DNA of 64,000 bases, from assembly GCA_010093605.1 (NCBI GenBank), contig MU004185.1, positions 2,129,334-2,193,333 of the forward strand, read 5' to 3'. This document shows positions 1-12,092 of this stretch, piece after piece. This DNA comes from Lophium mytilinum. Lineage: Eukaryota. The number at the start of each line of letters is the position of its first letter. Position 1 is the stretch's first letter. A program made the translations under genes and the position numbers. A model generated the notes under the pieces. The model made no database searches and was not told where the DNA came from. It worked only from the letters and a program-made list of their open reading frames with translations.

Positions 1-575
1 ACCGTGGTTGGCGGTCGCTGGAGGGCGGTGTTGTGGTATGATGTATGTTGAGAGAGGTCAGAGAGCTTCAGAGGCGAGTCGGCATTGCGTAGTGGAGGGG
101 CCGACCCTTGAAGCTTGCTGCCAGGGTCTTTGAACAGAAAGTGGCAGTCAACCAGTTTTTGATTATGATACACGCCGACTCCACGATTATGAATACTTGC
201 CTAGCATTGATTGACGTCCTCTGTTACGGCATCACAACTTAGAATTAGCGGCTTTGACAAGGCCGATAGCTCTCTGGGCCACCTCAGGTGGAATCAAACT
301 GGACTGCCACTTTATGTTTAGCGAAGCTTGCCTGCCCTCAATGTAAAAGAGGACTCGAAGGAAGTATCCACAGCGCATCATCACTTTCTCAATGGCATTG
401 ATAGAAATAGAGCGCGCCGTGCTGATACAAATAATCACCCCACAGTGGGTAAATCTCTGGCCTGGCTGCTGTAATGTGCCTAGGGAATATATACAAGTGA
501 ACAGAACCCAGCAGTCAGCCGGACTATTGACGCGGATAAACAATAACTCAACCCAAAAACGCCTGGCTGACCTCT

Positions 576-1432
576 CTAATTGTCGAGAGCGCCAAACCTT
601 CTCCCAAACTCCTTGATAAGACGAGGTGTGATCTCGTCACTGCTGTTCCCTCGGACGTTCCATAGAACGCCCATTTTATCATAATGCTCCAGGAGGGGTA
701 GACTCGTCTCCTTGAAGTTCTTCAACCGCGCCTTCCATACTTCCGGGTCGTCGTCTTCCCTTCGTGTCAAGGGCTCGCCGGTAACATCATCCTTACCCTC
801 AACCTTGGGCGCATTGAAAGTCGTGTTGTAGACTCGCCCGGATGGCGCGTGCACCCACCGATTACAAATCCGGTCGATGATTATGTCGGTGGGTGTGTCA
901 AGATTGACCACGAGGTTGATGGGTATGAGGTCGTCCAGTTGAGCCGCTTGGGCAGCCGTGCGTGGAAAGCCGTCCAAGATGAAGGACGCTGAGGGATGGT
1001 CCGAATAGTTGTACTTGCTGGTGCGCAGCCCGGACGGGATGAAGACGGAGTCCACGGTGTCATCCTGGTCCATCCCGATAGACGACGAGTAGACAGTATA
1101 GGGTCTGATGGTGTCGTTGGTGAGCCAGCCGCGGTTCGTGAGTTCATTTATGATTAGGCGGAGTATCATGGTGTCTGGGACCAGTGCGCCGGCCTTCATC
1201 TTGGACTCGGCTTGGATACCTGCGGCGAACAAGTTGTCAGACGTGAACGAATGCGTTCGAATACTCGGTACGTACCCAGAGGAGTGCGTTCCCGGACATT
1301 CTTCCTCAAAAGGTCGCCCGAGCTGATCGAGGCCAATTCCGGGAACTTTCTCATCAGACGATCGGTCTGGGTGCCCTTGCCGACGCCGGGTGCGCCCACG
1401 AGGATGATGCGGGCGGCGCGCGTGAGAGACAT
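576..1432 (-). CDS. ADK2: Mitochondrial adenylate kinase / GTP:AMP phosphotransferase (AK3-type), 2 exons (intron 1220-1275)
   Basis: P-loop GAPGVGKGTQ, ILDGFPRT, and a LID region RWVHAPSGRVYNTTFNAPK...DDVTGEPL. A 56-nt GTACGT...CAG intron joins the two ORF frames. Confidence 0.9.
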
Positions 1433-2035
1433 GGTGGGTAAGGGCCGTCTGGTCGTAACGACTCGAGGAAACGTGGATAAAGATATATTCCTCTCGCGAC
1501 ACCGGGGGAATGGGCGCTCGCAGGGCCAAAGGGAAGTACACCGGAGGCTATCGGAAATGCATAGTGAAAGTAATATGTAGGTAGTGATACAGTGCAGCCG
1601 TTATACAAGGTGAGGACAGCGTGGACCCGGCGTGAGACACAAAGCAAACGAGGAAGATGAAGATATTGAGGTCGAAGCGTGCATGGTGATGAGGGGAACC
1701 GGAGGATCGTCATTTGTTGAGGCGCGCCTGGAGCACCGATCGCAAGCCGAGCCCTCCGGCACGCCGCCAACCTGGGGCGTATGGGCGTTCAAGCGGGCAG
1801 CACGGGATGATGAGGGCTTGGCTGGGCCCTGTTCCTGGGTGCAAATCCACGCCAGGCCGAAGCCGACGGCCTGCGCAAACTGCACTTTGTCAACCTTCTT
1901 CCACCATCACTCCTTCATCACCCGCCCTTCGCCCCAACCTTTTGCATCTTCACCAACTGCTGTGTAAACACACCTTTTCTTTCTTTCGTCTGATAGTCGC
2001 TCCTTACACTTTCCCTGCCGGTCCGGCGCTCCGCT

Positions 2036-3758
2036 ATGTATCTCCAGCGCTCTGCCTCAAGGGCGGCGCCCCTAGTCCTCAGGAACGGCGCAAGAGTCTT
2101 CCCACGAACCTCCACCCATACGCCGCAGTATGTCACAGCAATCGCTATACTAATTCCGCACCGGGCTCTGGCGACCGACACCTCGACATCCTCGGGTCCT
2201 GGAGGAAACTATCCGCCCCCCGGCTTCAATGCTGACCAAGCCAAGAAACCGCTCCCAAAAGCAGCCCAAACTATCAAAGAGAAGGCGACGGTCAGCGACG
2301 CAGTCTTGACGAACCCCACTGCTGCCAAAGATGCAGCTCCTTCGGCCGCAAAGGCGGCACCCTCGGACGACAAATCGCTCACAGCGCTAGCTACCGAGAA
2401 GGCCGCAGAGAAGAAAGCCGAAGAGAAGAAGCTTGCTAAGAAGAAAGAGGATGAGAAGAAGCTCACAATGTGGCAGAAGGTCAAGAAGGAAGCCAACCAT
2501 TACTGGGATGGAACGAAACTACTCGTTACCGAGGTCAGGATTAGTTCGAAACTGGCCGTAAGAATGGCTGCCGGCTACGAACTCACGCGGAGAGAGCACA
2601 GACAGGTATTTTATCGCTCCTCAATGAATCATGAGCGTGCTAACCCGCAAATAGTTGACCAGAACAGTCCAGGATCTGGGCCGATTAGTGCCCTTCTCCG
2701 CATTCGTCCTGGTTCCCTTTGCCGAACTTCTCCTCCCCGTAGCTCTGAAGCTCTTCCCCAACATGCTCCCCAGCACATACGAGGGCCAGAGTGCCAAGGA
2801 TGTCAAGGCCAAGAATCTGCGGGCTACCCGGAAGGAAGTCAGTAGCTTCCTGCGGCAGACTCTCCAAGAAACTGGTTTGCCTGTAAGCACAGAGAACGCG
2901 CGGAGGGAAGAGTTCCATGAGTTCTTCCGTAAGGTCCGTACGACGGGCGAGACACCCACTCAAGCCGACGTCATCAAAGTTTGCAAGATCTTCAAGGACG
3001 ATTTGACTCTGGACAATCTTTCCCGGCCTCAACTGGTTGCCATCTGCCGGTACATGAACATGACGTCGTTCGGCACCGACAACTTCCTCCGTTACCAAGT
3101 TCGTCACCGCATGCGTCAAATCAAGCGTGACGACCGCGCAATCTCATTCGAGGGCGTTGAGTCGCTTTCCGTTCCAGAGCTTCAAACTGCCTGTGCTAGC
3201 CGCGGTCTCCGGACTCACGGCATGAGCCCCGGCCGTCTCCGTGATGATCTACAAATGTGGCTAGACTTAAGATTGAAATATGGCGTTCCATCCACGCTTC
3301 TGGTGCTGAGCAACGCATTCATGTATGCTCAAGGCAAGGAGACGGAAATGAACTCTCAAATTGATGCCCTCCAAGGTGTGCTATCGAGCATACCCGAGGA
3401 GCTGTATCACGAGATCGAACTTGAAGTGCATAGCGCTGAGGGCGCTGCTACGAACAAGCAGCGTCTGGAGGTCCTCAAAGAGCAACAGGAGCTCATCGAC
3501 GAGGAGAACCAACAGAACAAGAGCAACGCGCACAATGCCAATGCATCGCCGAAGGATCTTGACAACATCGATGAGGATGAGAAGGTTGCTGCCAAGGAGG
3601 CTGCTGGCGAGGACAGCAAAGAAGCTGCCGCTGATGTTGAGGCTGCTGAGAAGGACGAGGGGAAGTCTTCTGCCGAGAAGCGCGAGGAACTGCTTCAGGA
3701 AGAGAAGGAGGCTGATAAGGAGCATGAGACGCAAAAGCTTCAGAAGGAGAAACCTTGA
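2036..3758 (+). CDS. MDM38: LETM1/Mdm38 mitochondrial inner membrane protein, 2 exons (intron 2606-2654)
   Basis: HYWDGTKLL...ELTRREHRQL and RLVPFSAFVLVPFAELLLPVALKLFPNMLPSTY motifs; Arg/Ser-rich presequence; GT..CTAAC..TAG intron restores the frame. Confidence 0.92.
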
Positions 3759-4368
3759 AGTGGTGCAATCCCCACTTTTTGTATGTATATAGACACATGA
3801 GCTTCCCTTGACGACGGAGCCCCGGTAGTGTCCCGGGCTCCAAAACCATAGAACAAAAATACCCAATGTACAAATACGCTCACTACATTACCCTCATGAT
3901 TCCACTTGCAATATTACGACATAAAAGTTGCGCAACCTCTCTCGTATTCTGTTTTAAGACTTGCTTCCAAGTTGCTGATGGAACCCTGGGTCAGACCAAA
4001 ACGGCGTAACAAGTCGATTAGAAGTGTACGGGACTACTCTAATCTGCGTTGTTCTGACTCTTACATCCTGTATAAATGCCGAGGCGTTTGTCCAGGCGCT
4101 GAATATGATGCTGAAAGGGGTGTGGGGAGGAACTAGTTCCGTGAGCTAGCATATCAGTCAAGCATATGCTAGGTTTCGAATCAACGGTCGAAGAATATGA
4201 TCTATCAAGTCATTCTAGAGAGCATTTGGAAAATGTTCTGGCTTCGAACAGTACCTAGTCATCACCCTTGTCGATCTCTCACGTGATGCTCATTGACCCC
4301 ACTTCTCTATTTCAACCTCAACGTTCAGCTAGACCAAGCTGCAAGAATCACGAACCAAATGAAGCAAG

Positions 4369-5382
4369 ATGTCCTCCGCACTCCTCCCACCCTCTGCTCT
4401 CCCTCTACCTCTTGAGCTCTTTCTCCAGATTATTGAACACATTGTCGCCACCCCTCATGGAGCGGTCCCAATTGCGTTTCCCCAATCAGATATCCGCACT
4501 CGCACATTGTACTCTCTTCTTTTCGTCTGTAAACCTATATCCAAGGCCGTGTCTTCTTACCTCTACGCCTACTGTCTCCATCTCAACACTCCCTCCCGTG
4601 TCGAGAAGATCCGAGCGCAAGCCGGCCCTCCCGACAGCGGCTGGCTCAGCAGGTTGATATATGGCACCCCGCAATCCTTCGAGCCGCCTCCAATCACAAG
4701 TCTTTACCTTTGCCACAGCATCCCGGAATGGTATCAGTACGAGAACCTTCGAGTTTCCACCGGCCTCCTCAAGCTCGTGGCGCCAACTTTGAAACGGCTT
4801 GCGTTATTCCTCCCAGTCGCCAACATCTCGCAGGCTGTGAGGTATGAGCTCACCGGCGGCGCCTTAGCTCGCCTTACGGTGCTTGAAGAGCTCGTGAGCT
4901 CACATAGTGCTTTCTTTCGAGACCCAGGACCTGACGTCACGCTTCCCTCGCTCCGGCGGCTGGCTCTTACCGGACCGCTGCATGAACAAGAGCTAAAATT
5001 CTTATCAAAATGCACACACCTGGAAACCCTAGTCTATCGACGTAACTGGTTCGAAGCCTGGTCCGATCCTAAGGAAATTGACGACGTTTTCAATGCTTAC
5101 ACCGGGCCTGCGCTGCGAGTCATGCTAGTGGCTGAGGCCATGCATCACGGCCCGCCAAAGGGCGGTCGGACCTTCCACGAGGATGATCCAATCAAATTCT
5201 ACGAAGTTGACGTGCCGACGAGCTATTACGGGGATGAGAATGCCGAACACCCGTTATGCTATGAGTTCATTCGGGAAGGCGGGGTTAGAGGGACGATCTG
5301 GCAAGAGGAGGCGAGGAAGCTAGAGGACTTCGCGACTGCGAAGAAGAGGTTAGAGAGGATTCGGGCGATTCTGAACCAGTGA
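4369..5382 (+). CDS. Hypothetical protein with N-terminal F-box-like motif and LRR-like segments
   Basis: 337-aa intronless ORF; LPLELFLQIIEHI...LYSLLFVCK F-box-like start; LKRLAL, LRRLAL and LETL repeats. Confidence 0.6.
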   Translation: MSSALLPPSALPLPLELFLQIIEHIVATPHGAVPIAFPQSDIRTRTLYSLLFVCKPISKAVSSYLYAYCLHLNTPSRVEKIRAQAGPPDSGWLSRLIYGTPQSFEPPPITSLYLCHSIPEWYQYENLRVSTGLLKLVAPTLKRLALFLPVANISQAVRYELTGGALARLTVLEELVSSHSAFFRDPGPDVTLPSLRRLALTGPLHEQELKFLSKCTHLETLVYRRNWFEAWSDPKEIDDVFNAYTGPALRVMLVAEAMHHGPPKGGRTFHEDDPIKFYEVDVPTSYYGDENAEHPLCYEFIREGGVRGTIWQEEARKLEDFATAKKRLERIRAILNQ

Positions 5383-6841
5383 TTCGAGAGGCTATGTTTT
5401 CTCTAGCCCAGCAATGGCATGGTGGGGTCTAAGTTGAGAGCAATGATGCGTATGCCATTCATTTCGCATGCTTTATCGAGTGCTTACTTTTTCTTTCGAC
5501 TCTAGGCCCCTTAGCATTGTAGTGGAAACAATATGTATGCCGAATCATATCCCGTATGCACTGAGATCCCTTCTTGGAGACTCTTAGTACGCTAACTGGT
5601 TGCTCCGAATACACCTATGCAAGCAATCGGGGTCCAAAGCTGGCGGCGAGGCGCGAGGCGTTTCACCGGCCCCCAACTCAGCTCGAGATCGGTGAGCTAA
5701 AGGTATGCATAAGATAGCGTGCCAAGTTACCGTTTCAGTGATCTCAGTACCTAGATGCAGTGTCACAGATCTAGCCGTAGTTCATCGGAGGCTACCAAAG
5801 CCATGGGGAACCAGCACGTGCAGTGCATATTGATCTTGCTGTACTAATTATATGCTTAGATCCTAGATTCTCGCTTGCGGGGAAGGGTTTCCGCTCAAGC
5901 GAAGATCCAGATCTGAGCCCCACATCTCACTGATGACGACCACTCTTCACGGGTCGGTCCTCCCGTCGGAACGGCTCCCGCGCCCAGAACCAAGTGCATT
6001 TCCCTAATAGTACAACATATCCACATGGGAGCACTCCTTAATTCCTTCGGCCGAGTAATTGCTCACACAATGCTTCCAAAGTTCTTGCTTCCTAGAGCTT
6101 CACAGCTAGATATACTCAGAAATTAGCAGAGTCTTTCTTGCTCCTGACGTACCTTGGTGGAGTAGGTAGGTGGCACAGGGGTTTAGACCCCAGACAACGA
6201 CGCACCACGAAGGTTTGAGCATTACATATGGATTGCTTCAGAAAAACCCAAGGGATCCCTTCACCAGGGCCACACTCAACCGTCTCCGCTCATCTCCGCG
6301 CATCTCCTCGCCCTTCAAGACCGTCGTATGTGGCCCCCGGAACTCCCATGTTCCTGGTTGTTGGCGTCCTCATCGGTGTGAAGCCGACAGTTAAAGTGAT
6401 CCCTGGCTTCCACCTGTAAGCCTTCCGCGGAAGCGCCACCCGCCTCTTCCCCGGCGCGCCTCCTACTGCGCTAAGGCAAGGTTATTAGCTCGTCCAAAAG
6501 TCAATCTAAATCGACCCTGGTCAATCTGGTTCAACTCCATCTCTTACTGAGGAGTGCAATCCCTTTAGTGCGTTGATTGGTCTCGTCATCTCCGCGTTAT
6601 CACATCGATACTTGATTTCATGTTCCAGATTCTGAGCGTCTTTGGCCTGCTGCATCAATGAATTCCAAATTTGTCACTAGATTTATCTCAGATGGTCACT
6701 TGATTGCCCCTTGATGCTAGCATCTTTATATTTCTGGCCGACCTTTGAGTGACCCTTCATGTCACTCGACAGCCATATCATCTTTCACGGCTTGTGCAAA
6801 CAGCTCCTACTCCAACTCGAGGACTTCAGCGTTGTCCCATA

Positions 6842-8349
6842 ATGGTTTACTCCCCTAAGCAATTAGAGGCCCGTGAGCTCCTGGAAAAGCGTACCGTGTT
6901 GGCTTTTCTGGTCGTCACTTGGATCTTTATAATTCTACGCATTTACGTTCGCGGACATCTAATCCGAGTCTTTGGTTGGGATGATACTTGGATGATTCTG
7001 GCACAGGTAGCTTCTCCCTTTGGTGCACCACAAACATGCGTATAGTTAACTCAAGACTCTCCAGCTCACCTTTACGCTGTACTCTGCGTTTTTCCTCGTT
7101 CTTCTATCATTCGGATCTAGCACAGTGATGATGAATTATGAATTGCAAACCAAGATCACCAATGTTAGTATCTTCTGGCTTGAAGTAAGCGGGACTATAC
7201 TGACGCGTCGTAGTGGAGTATTGCCACCTTATGCCTCTACATTGCCACCATCTGCTTCCTCAAAATCTCGCTCGGCATACTCTTCAACCGCATTGTTGTT
7301 AAGCGATGGCAACGCTTTGTAGTATATGCCACGGTGGCCGTCAGCACTCTTACAAGCATAGCGGTTCTTTTATTCATCGTCTTTCGCTGTGGTACAGACG
7401 TAGGGGACTTCCTCCCAAGAATAGTCGCAGGACAATGTGCAACTCGCAGAACAAGCCTCGTCTTTCTCTACTTGCATGGCGCTATCAACGTGGCCACCGA
7501 CTGGATCTTCGCAACATTACCGATACCGGTTCTCTGGAACGCGAATATGGGTACTAGGACCAAGATCTCCTTCGGCTTCATCCTCGCTCTCGGTGCTGTG
7601 TAAGTACCCTACAAACCTACCACCAGCCGCCTCTAACACTCCCTCAGCGGCAGCATTTGCTCAATCGTCCGATGTTTCTACATCCACGGGGCCTTCCGCC
7701 GCGACGACTTCTTCTGTAAGCCTCACTCACTACGGATGCACATGTCCTCTCCTCTAACAGCTCCTACCCAGGGAACTCCGCCATGGCAGCCACCTGGTCC
7801 ACCATCGAGCCGGGCATCGGCATCATCGCCGCCTCCCTCGCCACCATGCACCCCCTCTTCCGCATCCTCTTCATCAACGCCCGCTCCTTCTCCTCCCGCT
7901 ACGGCCACCCGGCCACCAACCTCTCCAAGCAAACCCGCCGCTCCCTCCCCTTCCGCCCGCCCCCACCACCCGCCTCCACCCCCGACGAATCGCCCGACGT
8001 GAGCGCCGTGGAAATGCGGCGGTCACCCTCGAATCGCGGGTCAGACGCGGCGGTCAAACCGCTCCCTACGTCGACCATCAAGGTCGTCGACACGGGCGAC
8101 GGCTACACCGCGCGCAAGATGTATATCCGCCCGCACAACACGGGGTCCGAGGACGTGATTATCGAGATTGAGCGCGAGAGCTGGTACATGGAGCCCAGCG
8201 ACGACGACCGGTCGAGCCGGCAGTCGACGTCGTTGGAGCTGGTTAACCAGGCGGTGGGCGCGTTGGAGGAGTACATTGGGACGCATGGGCTGGAGGATGG
8301 GACGGTGGAGCTGGATCGGCGGAGTTTGCATACGATTGATGAGGAGTAG
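6842..8349 (+). CDS. PTH11-like / fungal rhodopsin-domain integral membrane protein (multi-exon)
   Basis: LRIYVR...FGWDDTWMILAQ, KISLG, TDWIFATLPIPVLW..M..RTK, WSTIEPGIGIIAASLATMHPLF motifs; several short GT-AG introns; long hydrophilic C-terminal tail. Confidence 0.85.
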
Positions 8350-9121
8350 GTAAGGGGCCGGGGGCTGTTTGTGGGGGGTTTAGCGGGAAGGGGCGGGTGG
8401 GAGTTTGTCCTCTTAGGGAAGTTTGATGCGGTGGGTGGCGTATGGGGGCTGGATATCCGTTCGTTGGGCGAACATATTGTAGATGTTTTGTAGATGTCTT
8501 TTGTAGGAAAGAGGAGTGGTGATGATCAGCGCTCTTTGAGGCTGTAGTAATTATGAGTTGTACAATTTGAGGGTCTCTTCTAAGGGCTTTTGATATAACG
8601 ACCAAGTAAGATTTGGATACGAGTTTGACTTGAAAGTACTACCTGTGCCTCGAACATGACGTATCTGAATTATACAATGAAAAGGTCTACTCTCTTAACT
8701 TGATGTTTAGAACGCAAGATTATTTTATGCCGATAGAATACTGAATTTCGGTCCAACTGAAGTGATTCCCATGTTCAAGATCGGCAACAGCATTGCCCTC
8801 AGCTTCGAAATCCCGGTGATCCAGAACACCATGGTCTTTGCCGCAGATTCTCTGCATAGGGCTGAGATAGGATCAACCGGCCGAAACGGCACCAAGGGTG
8901 TCGATAACCAAGAGTGGGGGAGGGGTGATGGAGTCCACTCCCAGCCCCACCAATGCGATAGAGCTACGCATAGTGATACCGTTAGGATGGTGGCAATAAT
9001 GCACCACCTAGATGAGAAGCGATACTAAAAAGATGAATCATGCAGCGGAGAGAACGAGCAGTACGAGTTTGGAGTTGGAATCCCTTTCCGTTAGTCAGCA
9101 AATATATCCCTGCCAAGCATC

Positions 9122-10283
9122 ATGAAGACCGAACGTGCACCGCCGATCTTGGACTTCTCTGGTAAACTCTCCAACGTTTGATATATCTTGTTCCATTGAG
9201 CTGATTAGAATGGCACAGCTTTCTACGGCACCGATGCCACCGCGAAGCAGAAACTCGTCGACGACGTGCGCGACTGCTGTCTGCACAATGGCTTCTTCCA
9301 GATCACTGGGCACCCGATCCCGCTGGAGCTCCAGGAAGGCGTCATGAACTGGAACAAGAAGTTCTTCGACCTGCCCTTAGAAGAGAAGTCCAAAGTCTCT
9401 CTCCGTAAGCACTCCCTCACTACCCAACCCCATAACCCACCCACTAACCCCCCTCCCAGAAACCAACACCTGGAACCGCGGCTACGAGCTCCTCCGCTCC
9501 CAAATCCTCGAAGAAGGCACCCAACCCGAGCTCAAAGAAGGTTTCTACGTCGGCGACGACATCCCGAAAACCCACCCCTACTTCGTCAACAAGCGCCTCA
9601 ACAGCGGGCCCAACGTCTGGCCCGCCGGCCTCGCCGGCGTCGACGACTTCAAAGCCACGACCCAAGCGTACTACTACGCCGCCGTCGCGCTCGCCAAAGA
9701 CATCCTCGAAGTGCTCGCGCTGACCCTCGACCTCCCCGAAGACTTCTTTAGAGAGTACGCCGAGGGCGCCGTCGCGACAATGCGCCTGCTGCACTACCCG
9801 CCCCAGCAGTCCGACTCGGACGCGAAGCTCGCGAGGGGTATCGGCGCGCACACGGATTTCGGCGGCATTACGATCTTGATGCAGGATGAGGTTGATGGGT
9901 TGCAGGTGTGGGATAAGGAGGTTGCGGATTGGTTTGATGTGACGCCGATTAAGGGCGCGTTTGTGGTCAATCTCGGGAACCTGATGATGAGGTGGTCGAA
10001 TGACCGATATGTCTCGAATCTGCATCGGGTGATTAACCGGAGCGGGAAGGAGAGGTATTCGATTCCGTTTTTCTTTAGCGGGAATCCGGATTATGTGATT
10101 GAGTGTTTGCCGAATTGTAGGAAGGAGGGGGAGGAGAGGAAGTATGCGCCGACGACGGTGGAGAAGGCCGTGTTGGGGGGTTATTCGGATAGTTATGGGA
10201 GGGCGGAGAGGTATAAGAAGGCGCAGGAAGGGGGGCAGGAGAAGGTGCCGGTGGTCGCGGCGAAGGAAGTCGCGGTTGCGTAG
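9122..10283 (+). CDS. hxnY: 2-oxoglutarate/Fe(II) dioxygenase (IPNS-like), probable HxnY orthologue; introns 9162-9218 and 9405-9459; 349 aa
   Basis: PPILDFS, GFFQITGH, NRGYE, MRLLHYPP, the HTD...H facial triad and RYSIPFF. The hxnY label is inferred from family plus linkage to hxnR/S/T-like genes. Confidence 0.75.
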
Positions 10284-10628
10284 GTATATATGTCACTTCA
10301 ACTCAAAATTGTTTGTAACAGTAATGAAACTTCGATCTCTTGGAAGTTAGTGGCATGCATCACGTTGTTAAAAATGGTAACGAATATGTAGTTCCTTGAA
10401 GTTTTTCATTTTTTGGAAGGTCTATATTGATCATGGACCCGGAGGTTTATGGAGGGGTTAAAGAAGTAAGCTGGTGTTCTAGCCGCCAATAGCAATGCTA
10501 TGCAACCAGATTACAAAGAGTTAACAGCAAATACAAAATTTCTGTATCGACTATCTGCCTGTCAGAATGGCAGGATGGTATCAGAAAACAAATAATGAAA
10601 CCTCACAAGCCTGACTTCCTACAACGAG

Positions 10629-12092
10629 CTACTCGTCATCTTCAGCGGCTTCTTCTCCTGAATCGGTATTCCCGTGGGAGTCATCATTGCCAGATGGATG
10701 AAGCTCCTCCCAGTCTTGAATGATCTTCTCAACAGCCTCTTCATCCGCGGGCTGGAACATACCAGACATAGCTGCAACCATAAGGCGTCGGGCAATGATG
10801 TACTCCGGCTTGTAGGCATAGCGAAGGAATTCTCCACCAACGATCTCTTCGAAAGCTTCCTTGAGCTCTAAAGTCTCGGGATCCTCAGGGTCATCTTCAG
10901 CTAGTGTCTCATCCTCATGATCAACGTCTTCGGGAAGCCAGAGCCACATTGGCGGTGCGCAACTCAAGAACTTGGGACCAAAAATTCCGCTGTCCCAGTC
11001 AAGGATGCCGCTGATCTCAACAGTGGTATCATCGACGACCTGGACAAGAATGTTGCGCGCATGGAGATCCATATGGCAGAAGTAGAAGCCCTGGTCTTCG
11101 AAGAGACCCATGTCACCCATCTTCACCGCGATCATCATGAGGTTGGCCCAGAGAGGCTCAGGCGCTCCCCAGTTCGCCTCTTCCCAGTCGCAGAATCGTT
11201 GGAACTGCGTTAGAAGAAGCTCAAGGGTAGTTTGAGGCTTTGCAGCTGAGGTGGTCGTCTCTCCGGTTGGTGTGTCGCGTCGAGGAACTTCGAATTGGAG
11301 AATCTCAGGATTGGGTTTACGAAGGCCAAAGAAGCTCCGCTTGGTACCTATGTACTTGGGACCAACAATACCGGCGCATGGGTTCGTCACCGACTGCAAT
11401 TCAAGCAGTGCTTTACCCATCTCTCGGACAAGGGATAGTTTCTGAGTGTGGTTGAACTCGTCCCAAGCGTCGATCAGGCAGCGGCCGGGGAGGCGGTCCT
11501 GAAGGGAGTAGGGCTTGCCAAGAGCGTTGTTGCTGGTGAGGTCGAGAGCGTGAATCTTTGGGACTGGGAGGTTTGTGTGATCAGCGACATAGCGAAACGC
11601 GGCGATATCGAAGGCAATCTGAGTATCATCTCCGCGCGGGATCCGGAGTATGAGCTGAGATGGATCCTTGAGATGCCAATACGTCGGGAAGCGGAGCTTT
11701 CGTAGTAAGAGCTCGATGAACCACTCGAGTGTCCAAGTTTTCGCCAACGATGGATGGGTAGTGATGCCGATGATGCGGTTGTAGACACCTCCCTTCATGC
11801 GATGGATCTCAAATGCCTCGGGTTTCAAGGACGGCCACAGCCTTTCGCAAAGCCGTGCGACACGAGCCTGGTGGGTCTCGAATGGCTCCTGCTCATATTT
11901 GGCAGTCGATTCCATCGAGACGTCAGAGGCGGCATCGGAATTGTCTCCAGCAGCATCAACGTTGTCGTCGAGTTCAGAGCCTTGGTCAATACGAATGCTG
12001 TCGTCGCCATCCTTCAGGTGAGGAGGTTCAGAGTGGCCAGTGGGTGGTAACGAAGCTTGGGGTAGCTCCGACGCCACGTTCTCAGAGGACAT
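10629..12092 (-). CDS. Aminoglycoside-phosphotransferase (APH)/kinase-like protein
   Basis: 487-aa intronless ORF; GGVYNRI, LILRIPR, LPVPKI, Brenner-like FCHMDLHARNILV and ISGILDWD. Confidence 0.85.
   Translation of the reverse strand: MSSENVASELPQASLPPTGHSEPPHLKDGDDSIRIDQGSELDDNVDAAGDNSDAASDVSMESTAKYEQEPFETHQARVARLCERLWPSLKPEAFEIHRMKGGVYNRIIGITTHPSLAKTWTLEWFIELLLRKLRFPTYWHLKDPSQLILRIPRGDDTQIAFDIAAFRYVADHTNLPVPKIHALDLTSNNALGKPYSLQDRLPGRCLIDAWDEFNHTQKLSLVREMGKALLELQSVTNPCAGIVGPKYIGTKRSFFGLRKPNPEILQFEVPRRDTPTGETTTSAAKPQTTLELLLTQFQRFCDWEEANWGAPEPLWANLMMIAVKMGDMGLFEDQGFYFCHMDLHARNILVQVVDDTTVEISGILDWDSGIFGPKFLSCAPPMWLWLPEDVDHEDETLAEDDPEDPETLELKEAFEEIVGGEFLRYAYKPEYIIARRLMVAAMSGMFQPADEEAVEKIIQDWEELHPSGNDDSHGNTDSGEEAAEDDE

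Noticed and set aside
10629..12092. Antibiotic-resistance gene or bacterial HGT
   Set aside because: APH-fold proteins with this layout are widespread in filamentous fungi; being intronless is not evidence of transfer.
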